Source: a virus
Taxonomy: Duplodnaviria; Caudoviricetes
DNA: 42,246 nucleotides
Reading direction: 5' to 3' (one strand)
IMG/VR virus record: IMGVR_UViG_3300025700_000002
Location: 1 to 42,246 of that record
Position 1 is the first letter of the stretch. Each line of letters begins with the position of its first letter. Position numbers and translations under genes: made by a program. Under the pieces are notes generated by a model. That model searched no databases. It had not been told where the DNA came from and saw nothing but the letters and a program-made list of their open reading frames with translations. Shown here one piece after another: positions 33,701-42,246 of this stretch.

Positions 33701-35056
33701 TCAGATAAGGGTGGCATCCATTGCTTTAACAAAGGATTCCTTGCGGCGAACATTCGAGTCGAATGCTGACTCAACTACAAGCCAAGTCTCGTCCTGTAAG
33801 AACGCACTGCGGCCATTCAAAGAAGCCTGTGTGCTTACACGTACGCGCAAGCGGCTCCAGAATGCTAAGATGAGATCCCGCCAGATTCCAGCGACTACAG
33901 GAGAACCTGTACCACCAGTCGTGACGATCGCACCATTTGTCGCATTAGTCTTCGGAAGTGAAGTCGTTTTCGAGAACGCGCTTCCAAGTGCTTCAGCGAG
34001 TGAGGCATTTGACATGGGTGGTCTACCCAGCAGATAAGATTGATTTCCAACAGCAGCTTGACCCGAATAATGGTCAACCTTGAGACGCTTCATAAGCGAC
34101 CATACAGTTGGACGAGACAAGAAGGCAACTTCACCGGGAACATCGTTCTCTTCAATAATGTTACGCATGATCTCGGCATCATCGAAGTTGAAGTTCCGTC
34201 CAGCACCAGCATTCAAGCTAAGAGTCTGAATTCCGGGGATTTGCAACAACCCACGGGGCTCTTGCCCTCCTCCTCCGTTGAGGGCTCCAATCTGAAGATG
34301 CCGTGCCATCTGCTCGACCATATCTTCTCGAACGAGAGACTCGATCTGCGTGGGACTGTTCTCAATCAACTTGTTTGAGATAGTCACGAACGCCGCAGCA
34401 TAGCGGGGCTCAAGTTTGATCTGACCAAAGTCAATGTCTGACTCAGTTGGAACACCATTCTCATTCAGCCATGCAACAGATGTCTTGGACTTCTGCTCAG
34501 GAATCCAGACGGAAGAACCGCGAAGTCCTGACATGACACGGGCACCGAGCTCCTGTTCGAGGACAAGCTTTTCACGCAATGCTTCAATGAAGTCATCTGC
34601 AACCTGGGCTGGAACAAAGAGTCCACCACTCGCATCGACAGAAACTTGATGTCCAGCTTTGAGGAAAGGGTCACCAGAGGCGACCATAGCCTTGCGGGTT
34701 TCATGAACCAACTCGCGTTCAAATTCGCCGTCTACAGCCGTCCACGCCTCTTTATCAGATGCGCCATTCTTTTTAAGCGTGAGAGCCATGAAGACTTTCC
34801 AGAACTTGAAGTCCTTGGCATCTTCTCGGGTCAGACCTTTAACATCTACGCCAGTCTTACGCTTTGACTCTTTGACAAACACGTCGAGCTCGCCAAGTTG
34901 CTTCCGAATGACATCAAAGTCATCTTTCTGTTCTTCGGATCTCTTCTTAATGTTATCAAACTCTGAACGAATCTCTTGAACAGCAGAGCCTGTTTCAGAA
35001 GACGTTTTCAAAGTTTGCGCTAGCAACTCCTCGAGCTGCTTGAGCTGTGGGTCCAT
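33701..35056 (-). CDS. Major capsid protein, HK97 fold with N-terminal delta (scaffold) domain
   Basis: Coiled-coil N-terminus; SGGLFVP, AWLNENG, FGQIKLEP, ISNKLI, LNGGGGQEPRGLL, AFLQD. Confidence 0.93.
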   Translation of the reverse strand: MDPQLKQLEELLAQTLKTSSETGSAVQEIRSEFDNIKKRSEEQKDDFDVIRKQLGELDVFVKESKRKTGVDVKGLTREDAKDFKFWKVFMALTLKKNGASDKEAWTAVDGEFERELVHETRKAMVASGDPFLKAGHQVSVDASGGLFVPAQVADDFIEALREKLVLEQELGARVMSGLRGSSVWIPEQKSKTSVAWLNENGVPTESDIDFGQIKLEPRYAAAFVTISNKLIENSPTQIESLVREDMVEQMARHLQIGALNGGGGQEPRGLLQIPGIQTLSLNAGAGRNFNFDDAEIMRNIIEENDVPGEVAFLSRPTVWSLMKRLKVDHYSGQAAVGNQSYLLGRPPMSNASLAEALGSAFSKTTSLPKTNATNGAIVTTGGTGSPVVAGIWRDLILAFWSRLRVRVSTQASLNGRSAFLQDETWLVVESAFDSNVRRKESFVKAMDATLI

Positions 35057-35077
35057 AGTGGAACCCCCTTCTCTTAA

Positions 35078-36010
35078 TTATGCTCCCGTGGAGCTGCTAA
35101 TGTGAACTTGTGCCGACTTAATCATATTCGCTAACGAAGCGTCATCAATCCGCCCACCGTAGAGTTCATCGGAGCGCGTAGTCGGTTTAGGGTCATTAAG
35201 GAAACTTTTAATTTGTGCTTCCATTTCATCGAAGCGACGTTGTCTTTCGCCAACAGTCTTGAGGCCCTCAACAACCTGACATAACTGCTGAAGGGTTGAG
35301 TCTAAAGACTTATGATAATTATGAAGGTCATCCGTCGATAGTCCAACATGTCGATTCTTTGCAAGAACGATAGCGTCTTTATTTGCAGGGACCGTCACAG
35401 CTGAAAGTTCGATTAGCGCCTGCTTCTCAAAGAAGAATCCCCACCGACCAAGACCCAGTTCTGTTCTCTCAGTTTCTGTAACAGTCTTGATACGATGTGG
35501 ATCAAAACGAACACTGAATGAACGAAGAATCCCAGTCGCATACTTGACAACGAGATCGTCCCCCTGCTTGGAATGATCAAAAAAGCTGAAAGAAACCAGT
35601 TCATTAGCTAGATGTTCACTTCCAGGCTCTCCTACACCTTTTATGGCATCTGCTCGTGGACGTGACCAAACTTTAATCACGGCACCCACAGACTGATCCA
35701 TATCGTGATTAAAGAGCAGGACTGGATTTGTCTTAAAATCTTCCAAGACCCATCCGTCAGGATTTAGAATATCACCATCACTATCAACTGCTCCATTAGA
35801 AGCCCGATTAAAGAAGGTTCGTTCGTCATCCCCATCCTTGAAGGTGACGCCTGAATCTTCAAACATCTCTGGGAGCATAGTCTTATCAACACTCTCAGAT
35901 TTATCAGTCTTACCTAGCATTTTGAATGCACGGCTAGGATGCTGCAAGCCCTTAAGGAACTCTTGTTCCAGACTCTCAGCCGCCTTCAGTCTCTCTAAAA
36001 GTTTAAGCAT
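35078..36010 (-). CDS. HK97-type prohead protease
   Basis: DSDGD...NPVLLFNHD, SFSVRF, LIELSAVTVPAN..A. Confidence 0.92.
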   Translation of the reverse strand: MLKLLERLKAAESLEQEFLKGLQHPSRAFKMLGKTDKSESVDKTMLPEMFEDSGVTFKDGDDERTFFNRASNGAVDSDGDILNPDGWVLEDFKTNPVLLFNHDMDQSVGAVIKVWSRPRADAIKGVGEPGSEHLANELVSFSFFDHSKQGDDLVVKYATGILRSFSVRFDPHRIKTVTETERTELGLGRWGFFFEKQALIELSAVTVPANKDAIVLAKNRHVGLSTDDLHNYHKSLDSTLQQLCQVVEGLKTVGERQRRFDEMEAQIKSFLNDPKPTTRSDELYGGRIDDASLANMIKSAQVHISSSTGA

Positions 36011-38225
36011 TTTCTTCTCCTGCGATCAATACACAGCGGCAATTAATCACTTGCTCTGCCGGACCTGCTGCATCAGATGGCATACGTAATATCCCACCTT
36101 TTCCAACTGAGGTCATAAAGTTAAAGTTCATATCCTGCTTAGGCAATCTGCCAAAGCTTACATGATCGTGTCTTACTGTCTCATCCCCTGCTGTGACCCA
36201 TATTTTCTTCTTTACACCTTCAACTTGGAAGGCTCTAAATCTAGTTTGAGATAAAACTTGTGAAACCTCCGTCCGAGCTATCCTCAGTGCAACTAGAATC
36301 TCAAGATCTAAAACCTTAACGAAGCGCTGCTTTATTTCATCAATAGTCTCGTTATCAAGTATGGCAGTAAGGAATTCTCCTTTGAGCTTATGTCGGACTC
36401 GGCGTAATGAACCTTTGACACGATCCACAGAAGACTCAATGATTTCAAGAATCTCGTCATCAGCCAAGCTAAAAGCAAATATACCACCGAGCTCAAATTG
36501 TAGAGAACTGAATGCAGATTTTGCAGTTTCCACTCCCGTTTCTCTAGCGATCCTCGCAATTTTACTTTCCCACTCCTGCTTAGCGAACAGCACACGTTCT
36601 ACATCCTGAGCTGAAAGATTCTTTTCTCTAGGGTTATCAACTAAACTCAGTTGCTCTTTTCGTAGTTTCTTATAAAACTTTTGTAATCTATCCAGCATCT
36701 CCTGCTCATGTGGCTGCGAAAAGTCGGCATTGAAATTATTTACATTAAAACCTTTTACATTGACATGTATAGCTTGTTTCTGTAAATTCTTCCTCATGGC
36801 TGAAATTGAATTACCATTTGGATTAGTCACTTCAGCTTGATCGACAGCCTGTGGAGTTTGTGAGGAAGAGCCATTTTCTACACCAGCTTCTTCCAGCTTT
36901 AAAAAGGTTCTGAGTGCCGAGTTACCATACGCAGATCCACCCCATTCTGCACTTGCGAAGTCCATTTCAAATCGGTCATTAACTTCATTCCGAGAGAACC
37001 CAGAGCCTAATAAGTCCTTCGCCGCCTTCGCAACCTCGGCTACAGTTCCTCTTAACCCCTCAACCCTCGCCAAGTCAAATACCAAAAACAATGAAGGATC
37101 AATCTGCTTGAGAACTTTGTTATAGAACATCTCACTATAATAAATCAACAGCGGAATGATAGTCATTTGAAAGAAGGCGGTCTTTGCAGCCTCGAAGGTT
37201 GCTCGATTGACTTCATCTTCTTGTCCACCGATCATAGCTTTAGGAATGCCAAAGATAGCCAAGACTATTAGAAACGTCCACTTCTGCTGGTCCGTGAACT
37301 CCATGTCCCTGTGTGATGTCTGCTCCGCGATGCCAAGGCCACCATCAAGAATCATAGGCTTCTTTGCACTGGCTGCTCCTTGATGTCGTGCCTTCAATCG
37401 CTGTAACATCTCGTCTTTCTTTTCAGTATCCAACTCTTCGTCGGTCGTCAGAATAAGACCCGGTTCAGCTCCATTTTTGAAGAACGATTCATTAAATAAA
37501 TCAGCGAGGAAGCTCTGAACCAGTTGAGATCTCGCTGAAGTCAGCGGAGATAGACCATCAAGTTCATCAAAAGGATGCATCTTATAGAATCTTACAATCT
37601 CATCCAACTCGAATCTATTATCTTCTTCTTTACTCTGACCACCATCAAAGTCATTTGTTCCTGCGCTCCTAGTCCTCTGCCAACTTCTTAACATACCTTT
37701 AATAACGTTAGGTTCAAATTGCCACTTGGGTTTTACCCAAATCTCTTTGATCTCATTACTGCCTAGTTTCTCAAGAATCCAGAATACCTGTCCATCATGG
37801 AGTAGCCGACGTGTCGTATGATCGAATAATTGAGAACTCGTTAAATGCGGGTTGGGCTCGTCTAAGAGATCTAGTATAGGATGTTCAAGGATCTCTTCGA
37901 GTCCTTTGACAAAGGCTTTTCCATGTTTCTTTGTGAAACTTTCATTTTCGCCAATTGATTTGATATGTTCTGCGAGTTTTGCACCTTTCCACTTAGCACC
38001 TTCCCGTGTGTTATACTGGACTGCATTGAAGTTTCTACGAAAAGAGGACGCATTGAACGCCTCATTTCGCACAAGCTTAACAGGGACGCTAGAAACGGCA
38101 GTCGCAATGGTGTCGATTGCTGAGTAGACATAAGGGGACTGCATAAGAGGATGAGAGAAGCGGTCGCTTGCCCCATCCTTATCTAGTCCGTCTAGGAGAG
38201 CCCCAAATAGTCCCTTTACTCCCAC
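36003..38225 (-). CDS. HK97-family portal protein fused to a MuF/SPP1 gp7-like minor head domain
   Basis: VYSAIDTIA, PNPH, GLSPL, FFKNGAEPG, FGIP, NEVN; C-terminal RIARTE...KIWVTAGDETVRHDH...INCRC. Confidence 0.9.
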   Translation of the reverse strand: MGVKGLFGALLDGLDKDGASDRFSHPLMQSPYVYSAIDTIATAVSSVPVKLVRNEAFNASSFRRNFNAVQYNTREGAKWKGAKLAEHIKSIGENESFTKKHGKAFVKGLEEILEHPILDLLDEPNPHLTSSQLFDHTTRRLLHDGQVFWILEKLGSNEIKEIWVKPKWQFEPNVIKGMLRSWQRTRSAGTNDFDGGQSKEEDNRFELDEIVRFYKMHPFDELDGLSPLTSARSQLVQSFLADLFNESFFKNGAEPGLILTTDEELDTEKKDEMLQRLKARHQGAASAKKPMILDGGLGIAEQTSHRDMEFTDQQKWTFLIVLAIFGIPKAMIGGQEDEVNRATFEAAKTAFFQMTIIPLLIYYSEMFYNKVLKQIDPSLFLVFDLARVEGLRGTVAEVAKAAKDLLGSGFSRNEVNDRFEMDFASAEWGGSAYGNSALRTFLKLEEAGVENGSSSQTPQAVDQAEVTNPNGNSISAMRKNLQKQAIHVNVKGFNVNNFNADFSQPHEQEMLDRLQKFYKKLRKEQLSLVDNPREKNLSAQDVERVLFAKQEWESKIARIARETGVETAKSAFSSLQFELGGIFAFSLADDEILEIIESSVDRVKGSLRRVRHKLKGEFLTAILDNETIDEIKQRFVKVLDLEILVALRIARTEVSQVLSQTRFRAFQVEGVKKKIWVTAGDETVRHDHVSFGRLPKQDMNFNFMTSVGKGGILRMPSDAAGPAEQVINCRCVLIAGEENA

Positions 38226-38261
38226 TTTACTCCAATACTATCTCGCTCAAGAATAACGTTT

Positions 38262-39812
38262 TTAGTCTTCCACATAAACACCAGGACTACGTTTCTTAAC
38301 GTTTCTAATACACCAGGCAATACCGACTGCAAAGATGTGATCATCATGTTCTCCATTTGCTGCTTGGTACTTGCCATGAATGTCAGCTATAAAAACCTTC
38401 GCTTCAGACCAGAAATTCACGTCTTTACTAACTAAAACCTTTTCACCCATCGCCTTAGCTAATACGTCTAACATTATTGGTCTTGTCTTAACATTCGTAG
38501 GCCAGCCAGTTCTCTTCTTGCGTTCTACCCTTGTCTTTCCTTTAAAGTCATACTCGACATGTCTATACAAGTTCTTGTAATTATGAACGAATTCTGCTAA
38601 GTTTATTACAGCATGTCCGTGTTGCTGTGACTCAATCCCCCAGAAGGCGTTATTATACAACTTACAAAGGTCTATACTCTTTTGAGTAAAGATATGCACT
38701 TTCCACTGACAAGTTAGACTGGCTACATGCTCTCCAGTCTCTTTGTCAATGACCGCCGTAACTGACCAGTCATTGTCAGGCCCCTCAGTTCCCGAAGCGA
38801 CGTCAGATCCTGCGATGTACTCTCTCCCCGGAATCGGTGGCTTCCACAGACGCAACGCGCCGCCCCACTTTGTATAGCCTTGCTGCATTGCTCCTGGAGC
38901 TGCACAGTTTCTGAGTCCCTCTGCGACGAGGAACTTATCAAAGTATGTTTGTCCTGTGAGGAGAAATGCTGTCTCGTCATCTTCTGGAAACTCCTGTAAA
39001 AACAACCTCGGAAGTGTGGCTTGCATACGTCTTCGCCACTTGATATGCTCAAGTGACAGCTGAAACTTTTGAATTAACCTCTTCTCATCATCCCCTAAGC
39101 TCTCTATGATCTCCTCTCTGTCATCCAGTATGAGAGGTAATACATTCAAATCATCTCTAAACCAAGGTAAGAAGATAGGAACCCAGTCACTCTCCGGATT
39201 CTTCTTTGCATCTTTCCACTTCTCGTAAAAGTGGTTGTGTCCATTCGCAGTTGTTTCTAAAACTACTTCTCCATGCGAGGTTGCTAGTACTAAACCAGCA
39301 AGGAGACTGTCTATTTCGTCTGCCGCCCCCGGCCAGAATGCTACCTCAGAACCATGCAACTTCTGAAACGTCGAGCCGCGAGCAGATGCCTTTGCTCGCG
39401 CAGTCCCAATTGTATAGTCGGACCTTATTCTTGGGTATACTAACTCTTTTTTGATGGACCTGGTTCTCTCTGGTCGTAGGTCTGGAGAGAGCTTTTCATA
39501 ATAAAGCCTACATATGTTAAAGATTTTCTGAGTGTCTTCCTTCGTGTGAGCGAGTGTAAAAGCTGACTGTCCTTTATGTAAAGTCTGGTAAAATGATTGA
39601 GCCTGCTCCTCTGTCGTGATTCCGCCACGTCGATACTTAAGAACCAGGAAACGAGTATAACCAGCACGTCGAGCCCTCAGTTTTAAGGTTCTATACTTTT
39701 TTTGTATCGAGTTTCGTATAAGGGGTCTTTCGCGCCCCTTCTTATCAATTATATGTAGGAAGGCATCTGCAAACTCAGGGAACTTCGGGAGTTTAGTGGT
39801 CGCTATCAACAT
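38262..39812 (-). CDS. terL: Terminase large subunit
   Basis: VLKYRRGGITT (Walker A variant), LHGSEVAFW (Walker B), LETTANG, FLPW, QEFP, AGSDVA and HDD nuclease motifs. Confidence 0.93.
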   Translation of the reverse strand: MLIATTKLPKFPEFADAFLHIIDKKGRERPLIRNSIQKKYRTLKLRARRAGYTRFLVLKYRRGGITTEEQAQSFYQTLHKGQSAFTLAHTKEDTQKIFNICRLYYEKLSPDLRPERTRSIKKELVYPRIRSDYTIGTARAKASARGSTFQKLHGSEVAFWPGAADEIDSLLAGLVLATSHGEVVLETTANGHNHFYEKWKDAKKNPESDWVPIFLPWFRDDLNVLPLILDDREEIIESLGDDEKRLIQKFQLSLEHIKWRRRMQATLPRLFLQEFPEDDETAFLLTGQTYFDKFLVAEGLRNCAAPGAMQQGYTKWGGALRLWKPPIPGREYIAGSDVASGTEGPDNDWSVTAVIDKETGEHVASLTCQWKVHIFTQKSIDLCKLYNNAFWGIESQQHGHAVINLAEFVHNYKNLYRHVEYDFKGKTRVERKKRTGWPTNVKTRPIMLDVLAKAMGEKVLVSKDVNFWSEAKVFIADIHGKYQAANGEHDDHIFAVGIAWCIRNVKKRSPGVYVED

Positions 39813-40252
39813 CAGCCGTCCCGCATATTACGAATTTTTCGTAACTCCTCTAATAAACTCTTATGATAAATCCCAGTCTCGCTGATCCCCCGATGTCTAG
39901 TCTTCTCTTCTGCGTCCATGTGCTCTTTGAGTTCTTTTCGGACGGTGGTGATATTGTGATTCAGCATCGCGAAGCCGTCTTCCACCTTTCTCACAAGTCC
40001 GGTTCTCTCTCCGGCAGCTTTTATCTGCGACTCTCTAAGGTTTCGAATCTCTTCGGAATACACCTTTTGTTGACTCTTGAGGGTGGCCAGTTCTCGCTCT
40101 TGCTCTGCATTCTGCTGCACCTCTGCGCGGATTTCGGATTTAATTTCCGCAGTTTCCCGCGTAAACTTTACAGCAAGGCCAATTAAACCTGCTATAAAAG
40201 ATAATATAGTGATGCACCCTGCGATTATTGACATCAAAGTTGATGCGTCCAT
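39812..40252 (-). CDS. Single-pass membrane protein with coiled coil (holin/XhlA-like candidate)
   Basis: N-terminal hydrophobic helix (IIAGCITILSFIAGLIGLAV) then heptad repeats; stop overlaps the terL start. Confidence 0.6.
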   Translation of the reverse strand: MDASTLMSIIAGCITILSFIAGLIGLAVKFTRETAEIKSEIRAEVQQNAEQERELATLKSQQKVYSEEIRNLRESQIKAAGERTGLVRKVEDGFAMLNHNITTVRKELKEHMDAEEKTRHRGISETGIYHKSLLEELRKIRNMRDG

Positions 40253-40282
40253 TAAACATTTCCTTATTAAACTCTTAATGAA

Positions 40283-40900
40283 CTACTCATTTTCATCTAC
40301 TTCAATGTCGCTTCCCAATCCCAATACACCAACAACATCCGAGCTCTTAACCTTGCGTAATGTCTCCGACATCTCGGACTCTCGCCTATCGAGTTCATCT
40401 ATTTGTTCACTCAGCATTCTACGTTGCTCTATAGCCTCCGACACTTCAAGTTCTGCAGCACTCTTCTGATCCTGTGCAGATGTTGTCCAGCCAGCCATGG
40501 CGTTGAGTCCTGCCAGCGGTATTGCAGCTGCGCGTAAGTCCCTCTGACTCGGACAGTCAATCCTTGATTCAAAGTTGGCAGCGCGACTAATATTAGTCGC
40601 GATCTCAACTTCTTTATCTTCATTCTCTCCGAGATACAAGCGTAGCCAAGCGAGTCGTATGCCTGATAACTTGGCACATAACTTTGGTGGTAACTCCGTG
40701 TGGATAGATAAGGCAAGGTAAGTTTCTCTCCAGGCAGTAGGTGGATTTATCTCTGAAACTTTACCACCGAGAGATAAGAACTTACTAATTGTATAAGCCC
40801 GGACGTACTCATCTTCATACCCCTCTGGAGCCTTAGCCCTAGCCGCATGAACTTCATCGTCCTTTAGTTGTCTAACTAAGGTGTCTAGACTTTCTCTCAT
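40283..40900 (-). CDS. Putative terminase small subunit
   Basis: First gene of the virion operon; HTH-like LPPKLCAKLSGIRLAWL, C-terminal coiled coil and acidic tail; assignment by position. Confidence 0.45.
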   Translation of the reverse strand: MRESLDTLVRQLKDDEVHAARAKAPEGYEDEYVRAYTISKFLSLGGKVSEINPPTAWRETYLALSIHTELPPKLCAKLSGIRLAWLRLYLGENEDKEVEIATNISRAANFESRIDCPSQRDLRAAAIPLAGLNAMAGWTTSAQDQKSAAELEVSEAIEQRRMLSEQIDELDRRESEMSETLRKVKSSDVVGVLGLGSDIEVDENE

Positions 40901-40908
40901 ATATAGCT

Positions 40909-40937
40909 ATTATAACATAATTCGGCCCAGAAGTCAA
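40909..40937 (-). promoter_or_regulatory. Strong sigma70 promoter for the virion operon
   Basis: TTGACT-17 nt-TATAAT with extended -10 TG; ATG 8 nt downstream with no SD. Confidence 0.85.
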
Positions 40938-41056
40938 GGAAAAAGTAAACTAATTCTCAGCCCTAGATAACAATGGAATTACTTGCTAGCTACAGTTATC
41001 TTTGTATCTTGTTTCTGAAGTCTTGCCTTTTGGCTCTTGTGAAACACTGTCTGGAC

Positions 41057-41164
41057 TGCGAGTCTAGACTGAGGAGAGCCGACTCCCGATTTCCTTTATT
41101 CTTTATTATTCTTTATAAAATTTAAGATAGTATCAAGAATAGAGTATACTCAGAGAGACTCACT
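41057..41164. other. Origin-like element copy B (homologous to 4351-4464)
   Basis: TGCGAGTCT, GAGCCGACTC, CTTTATTCTT..TTATTCT.TA, TTTAAGA, AATAGAG.ATACTC and ACTC in the same order and spacing as copy A. Confidence 0.6.
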
Positions 41165-41375
41165 GATAGTGGACCCTGGCCTTTTGAGCCTATACCCCCG
41201 GCTCTTTGCCTATCCCTTTGCAAGTTTTATATGAAATAGATGTTGAACTGGTGGCCGCAGCCTCCGTTGTTAAAAACTGAGAAATCTCAAATTCTGTGAG
41301 ACGTGTTCCCACATTCGGGGGTGTTCGGGAAATGTTGGGTACCCTGGGTACAAACTGCCCCATATCGGACACTTT

Positions 41376-41891
41376 CCCTAAGTCCTTATAGGGTAACGAC
41401 TTAGGGTTTCCAACCTGGCAGTCACAGCATATAGGGGGTGCAACTTTTGTACCCCTACAAAGTGTGCATGACAGAACTTGGCAGTGGAGCTGACATTCTA
41501 CGGCACTGGTGCCCCATATGGTGATTGGCGGTCAACTTGACGTAGACTGGGTCACCGGTGTTCAGTCTCTGGTCTGTACGCCATTTCTCTCACCGGGCCT
41601 TCACAAGGGAAGGCTGAGACGGGCTAAACCCTTGCAGCGTAAGGGTTTGTGCCGATTATGCAACCCCTGAATCTAAAGGGAATTATGGAGCCGATTGCCA
41701 TAAACCCTTTGATATCAAAGGGTTGAGAGAGCCAGTTTATTAGGGCAACCCGTTTTGGACGGTATTCTGGACGGGCTACCTAAATCGATTTAGACGCGGG
41801 TTTAGGCGATTTGAGGAGGTGCGTGGGACTACGTGTCATAGAAATCCTGGCAGAACCATACGCGAGATTGGGCTCTCTAAATCGATTTAGG
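41376..41891. repeat. Cluster of DNA palindromes in the non-coding region upstream of the terminase operon
   Basis: CCCTAAGTC..GACTTAGGG (41376-41406); AAACCCTT..AAGGGTTT (41626-41648); perfect 22-mer AACCCTTTGATATCAAAGGGTT (41703-41724); CTAAATCGATTTAG twice (41780-41793, 41877-41890). Confidence 0.9.
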
Positions 41892-42050
41892 ACACCGCAG
41901 AATCGACGTCTTGAAAATCAGGTGGGGGTATACGCAATTTTCGTACGGGACGCGTAGGGAGGACGTGGGACGCCTTAGAGAAGGGATTTTAACACGTCCA
42001 GAAGACCCTACTTCAGGGGAACGAGTCTGGTCTGCCATTAGGAACGAGAA

Positions 42051-42081
42051 CAGCCCGCAATGTCAATAAACACGCGGGCTG
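42051..42081 (-). terminator. Probable intrinsic terminator
   Basis: CAGCCCGCGUGU-UUAUUG-ACAUUGCGGGCUG followed by UUCUCGUU, ~30 nt after a stop codon. Confidence 0.6.
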
Positions 42082-42112
42082 CAGGGCTGGTGGTAGGTGG
42101 TGGGCAGGTGGT

Positions 42113-42246
42113 TCAGGCAAGAGGCCCTTCATAGAAGGCGAGAGAGGCCGCTTGTAGGGCCTTGATTCTCTTCTCAACCCGCGCCAAATCTTGCCGTGCC
42201 TCTTTACGTCGCAAGGTGAACTCGCCCTTCCGGTCAAGAATACCAG
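42113..42246 (-). CDS. 3' end of a hypothetical gene entering from the right edge
   Basis: Frame from 42244: GILDRKGEFTLRRKEARQDLARVEKRIKALQAASLAFYEGPLA*, followed by a terminator-like hairpin. Confidence 0.6.
   Translation of the reverse strand, partial: GILDRKGEFTLRRKEARQDLARVEKRIKALQAASLAFYEGPLA

Noticed and set aside
33636-34037. Plus-strand ORF starting with YKPAYAG repeats; the repeat was also considered as a mini-CRISPR
   Set aside because: The peptide repeat is a by-product of the 21-bp DNA repeat and the ORF is antisense to the capsid gene; the units are contiguous with no spacers.
41190-42237. Track ORFs 41190-41372 and 42013-42237
   Set aside because: No RBS or protein-like features; the second runs through a terminator-like hairpin, and a different frame (ending at 42113) looks like the real gene.
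1-42246. Stop-codon reassignment, tRNA genes, introns or inteins
   Set aside because: Core genes are intact and densely packed under the standard code with all three stops used; no cloverleaf, intein or intron signature was seen by eye (tRNAscan-SE/Infernal not run).

Overview
About 42 kb of a tailed dsDNA bacteriophage genome (Caudoviricetes, siphovirus-like, HK97-fold capsid), truncated at both ends; no host genes, integrase, tRNA or CRISPR array were recognised. Left arm (minus strand, 1-4155): SNF2-type helicase (partial), SSB-like protein, ParB-like CTPase/HTH protein and a hypothetical. A divergent control region (4235-4529) is built from a 61-bp near-perfect inverted repeat carrying two back-to-back sigma70 promoters, with an origin-like element between the arms. 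Plus-strand early/replication block (4536-14523): cytosine-MTase-like protein, small ORFs, primase-polymerase/helicase, class 3 lipase, DEDDh exonuclease, amino-MTase and a lipoprotein cluster. Minus-strand virion operon (14525-40900): putative TerS, a membrane protein, TerL, portal fused to a MuF/gp7 domain, prohead protease, major capsid, domain-decorated neck proteins, a LamG fibre cassette, tail tube, frameshifted tail chaperones, tape measure, Dit/L/J-like tip proteins and a fibre. A ~1.2 kb non-coding, palindrome-rich region follows. The most unusual signals are non-coding: (i) the twin-promoter inverted repeat enclosing an origin-like element that recurs upstream of the late promoter, (ii) a kissing-loop RNA and a long-range pairing bracketing the SSB-like gene, (iii) a duplicated gene junction delimiting a fibre cassette, and (iv) parS/IHF-like palindromes near the terminase. 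All protein calls are by-eye motif and synteny recognition; no database searches or folding programs were run.
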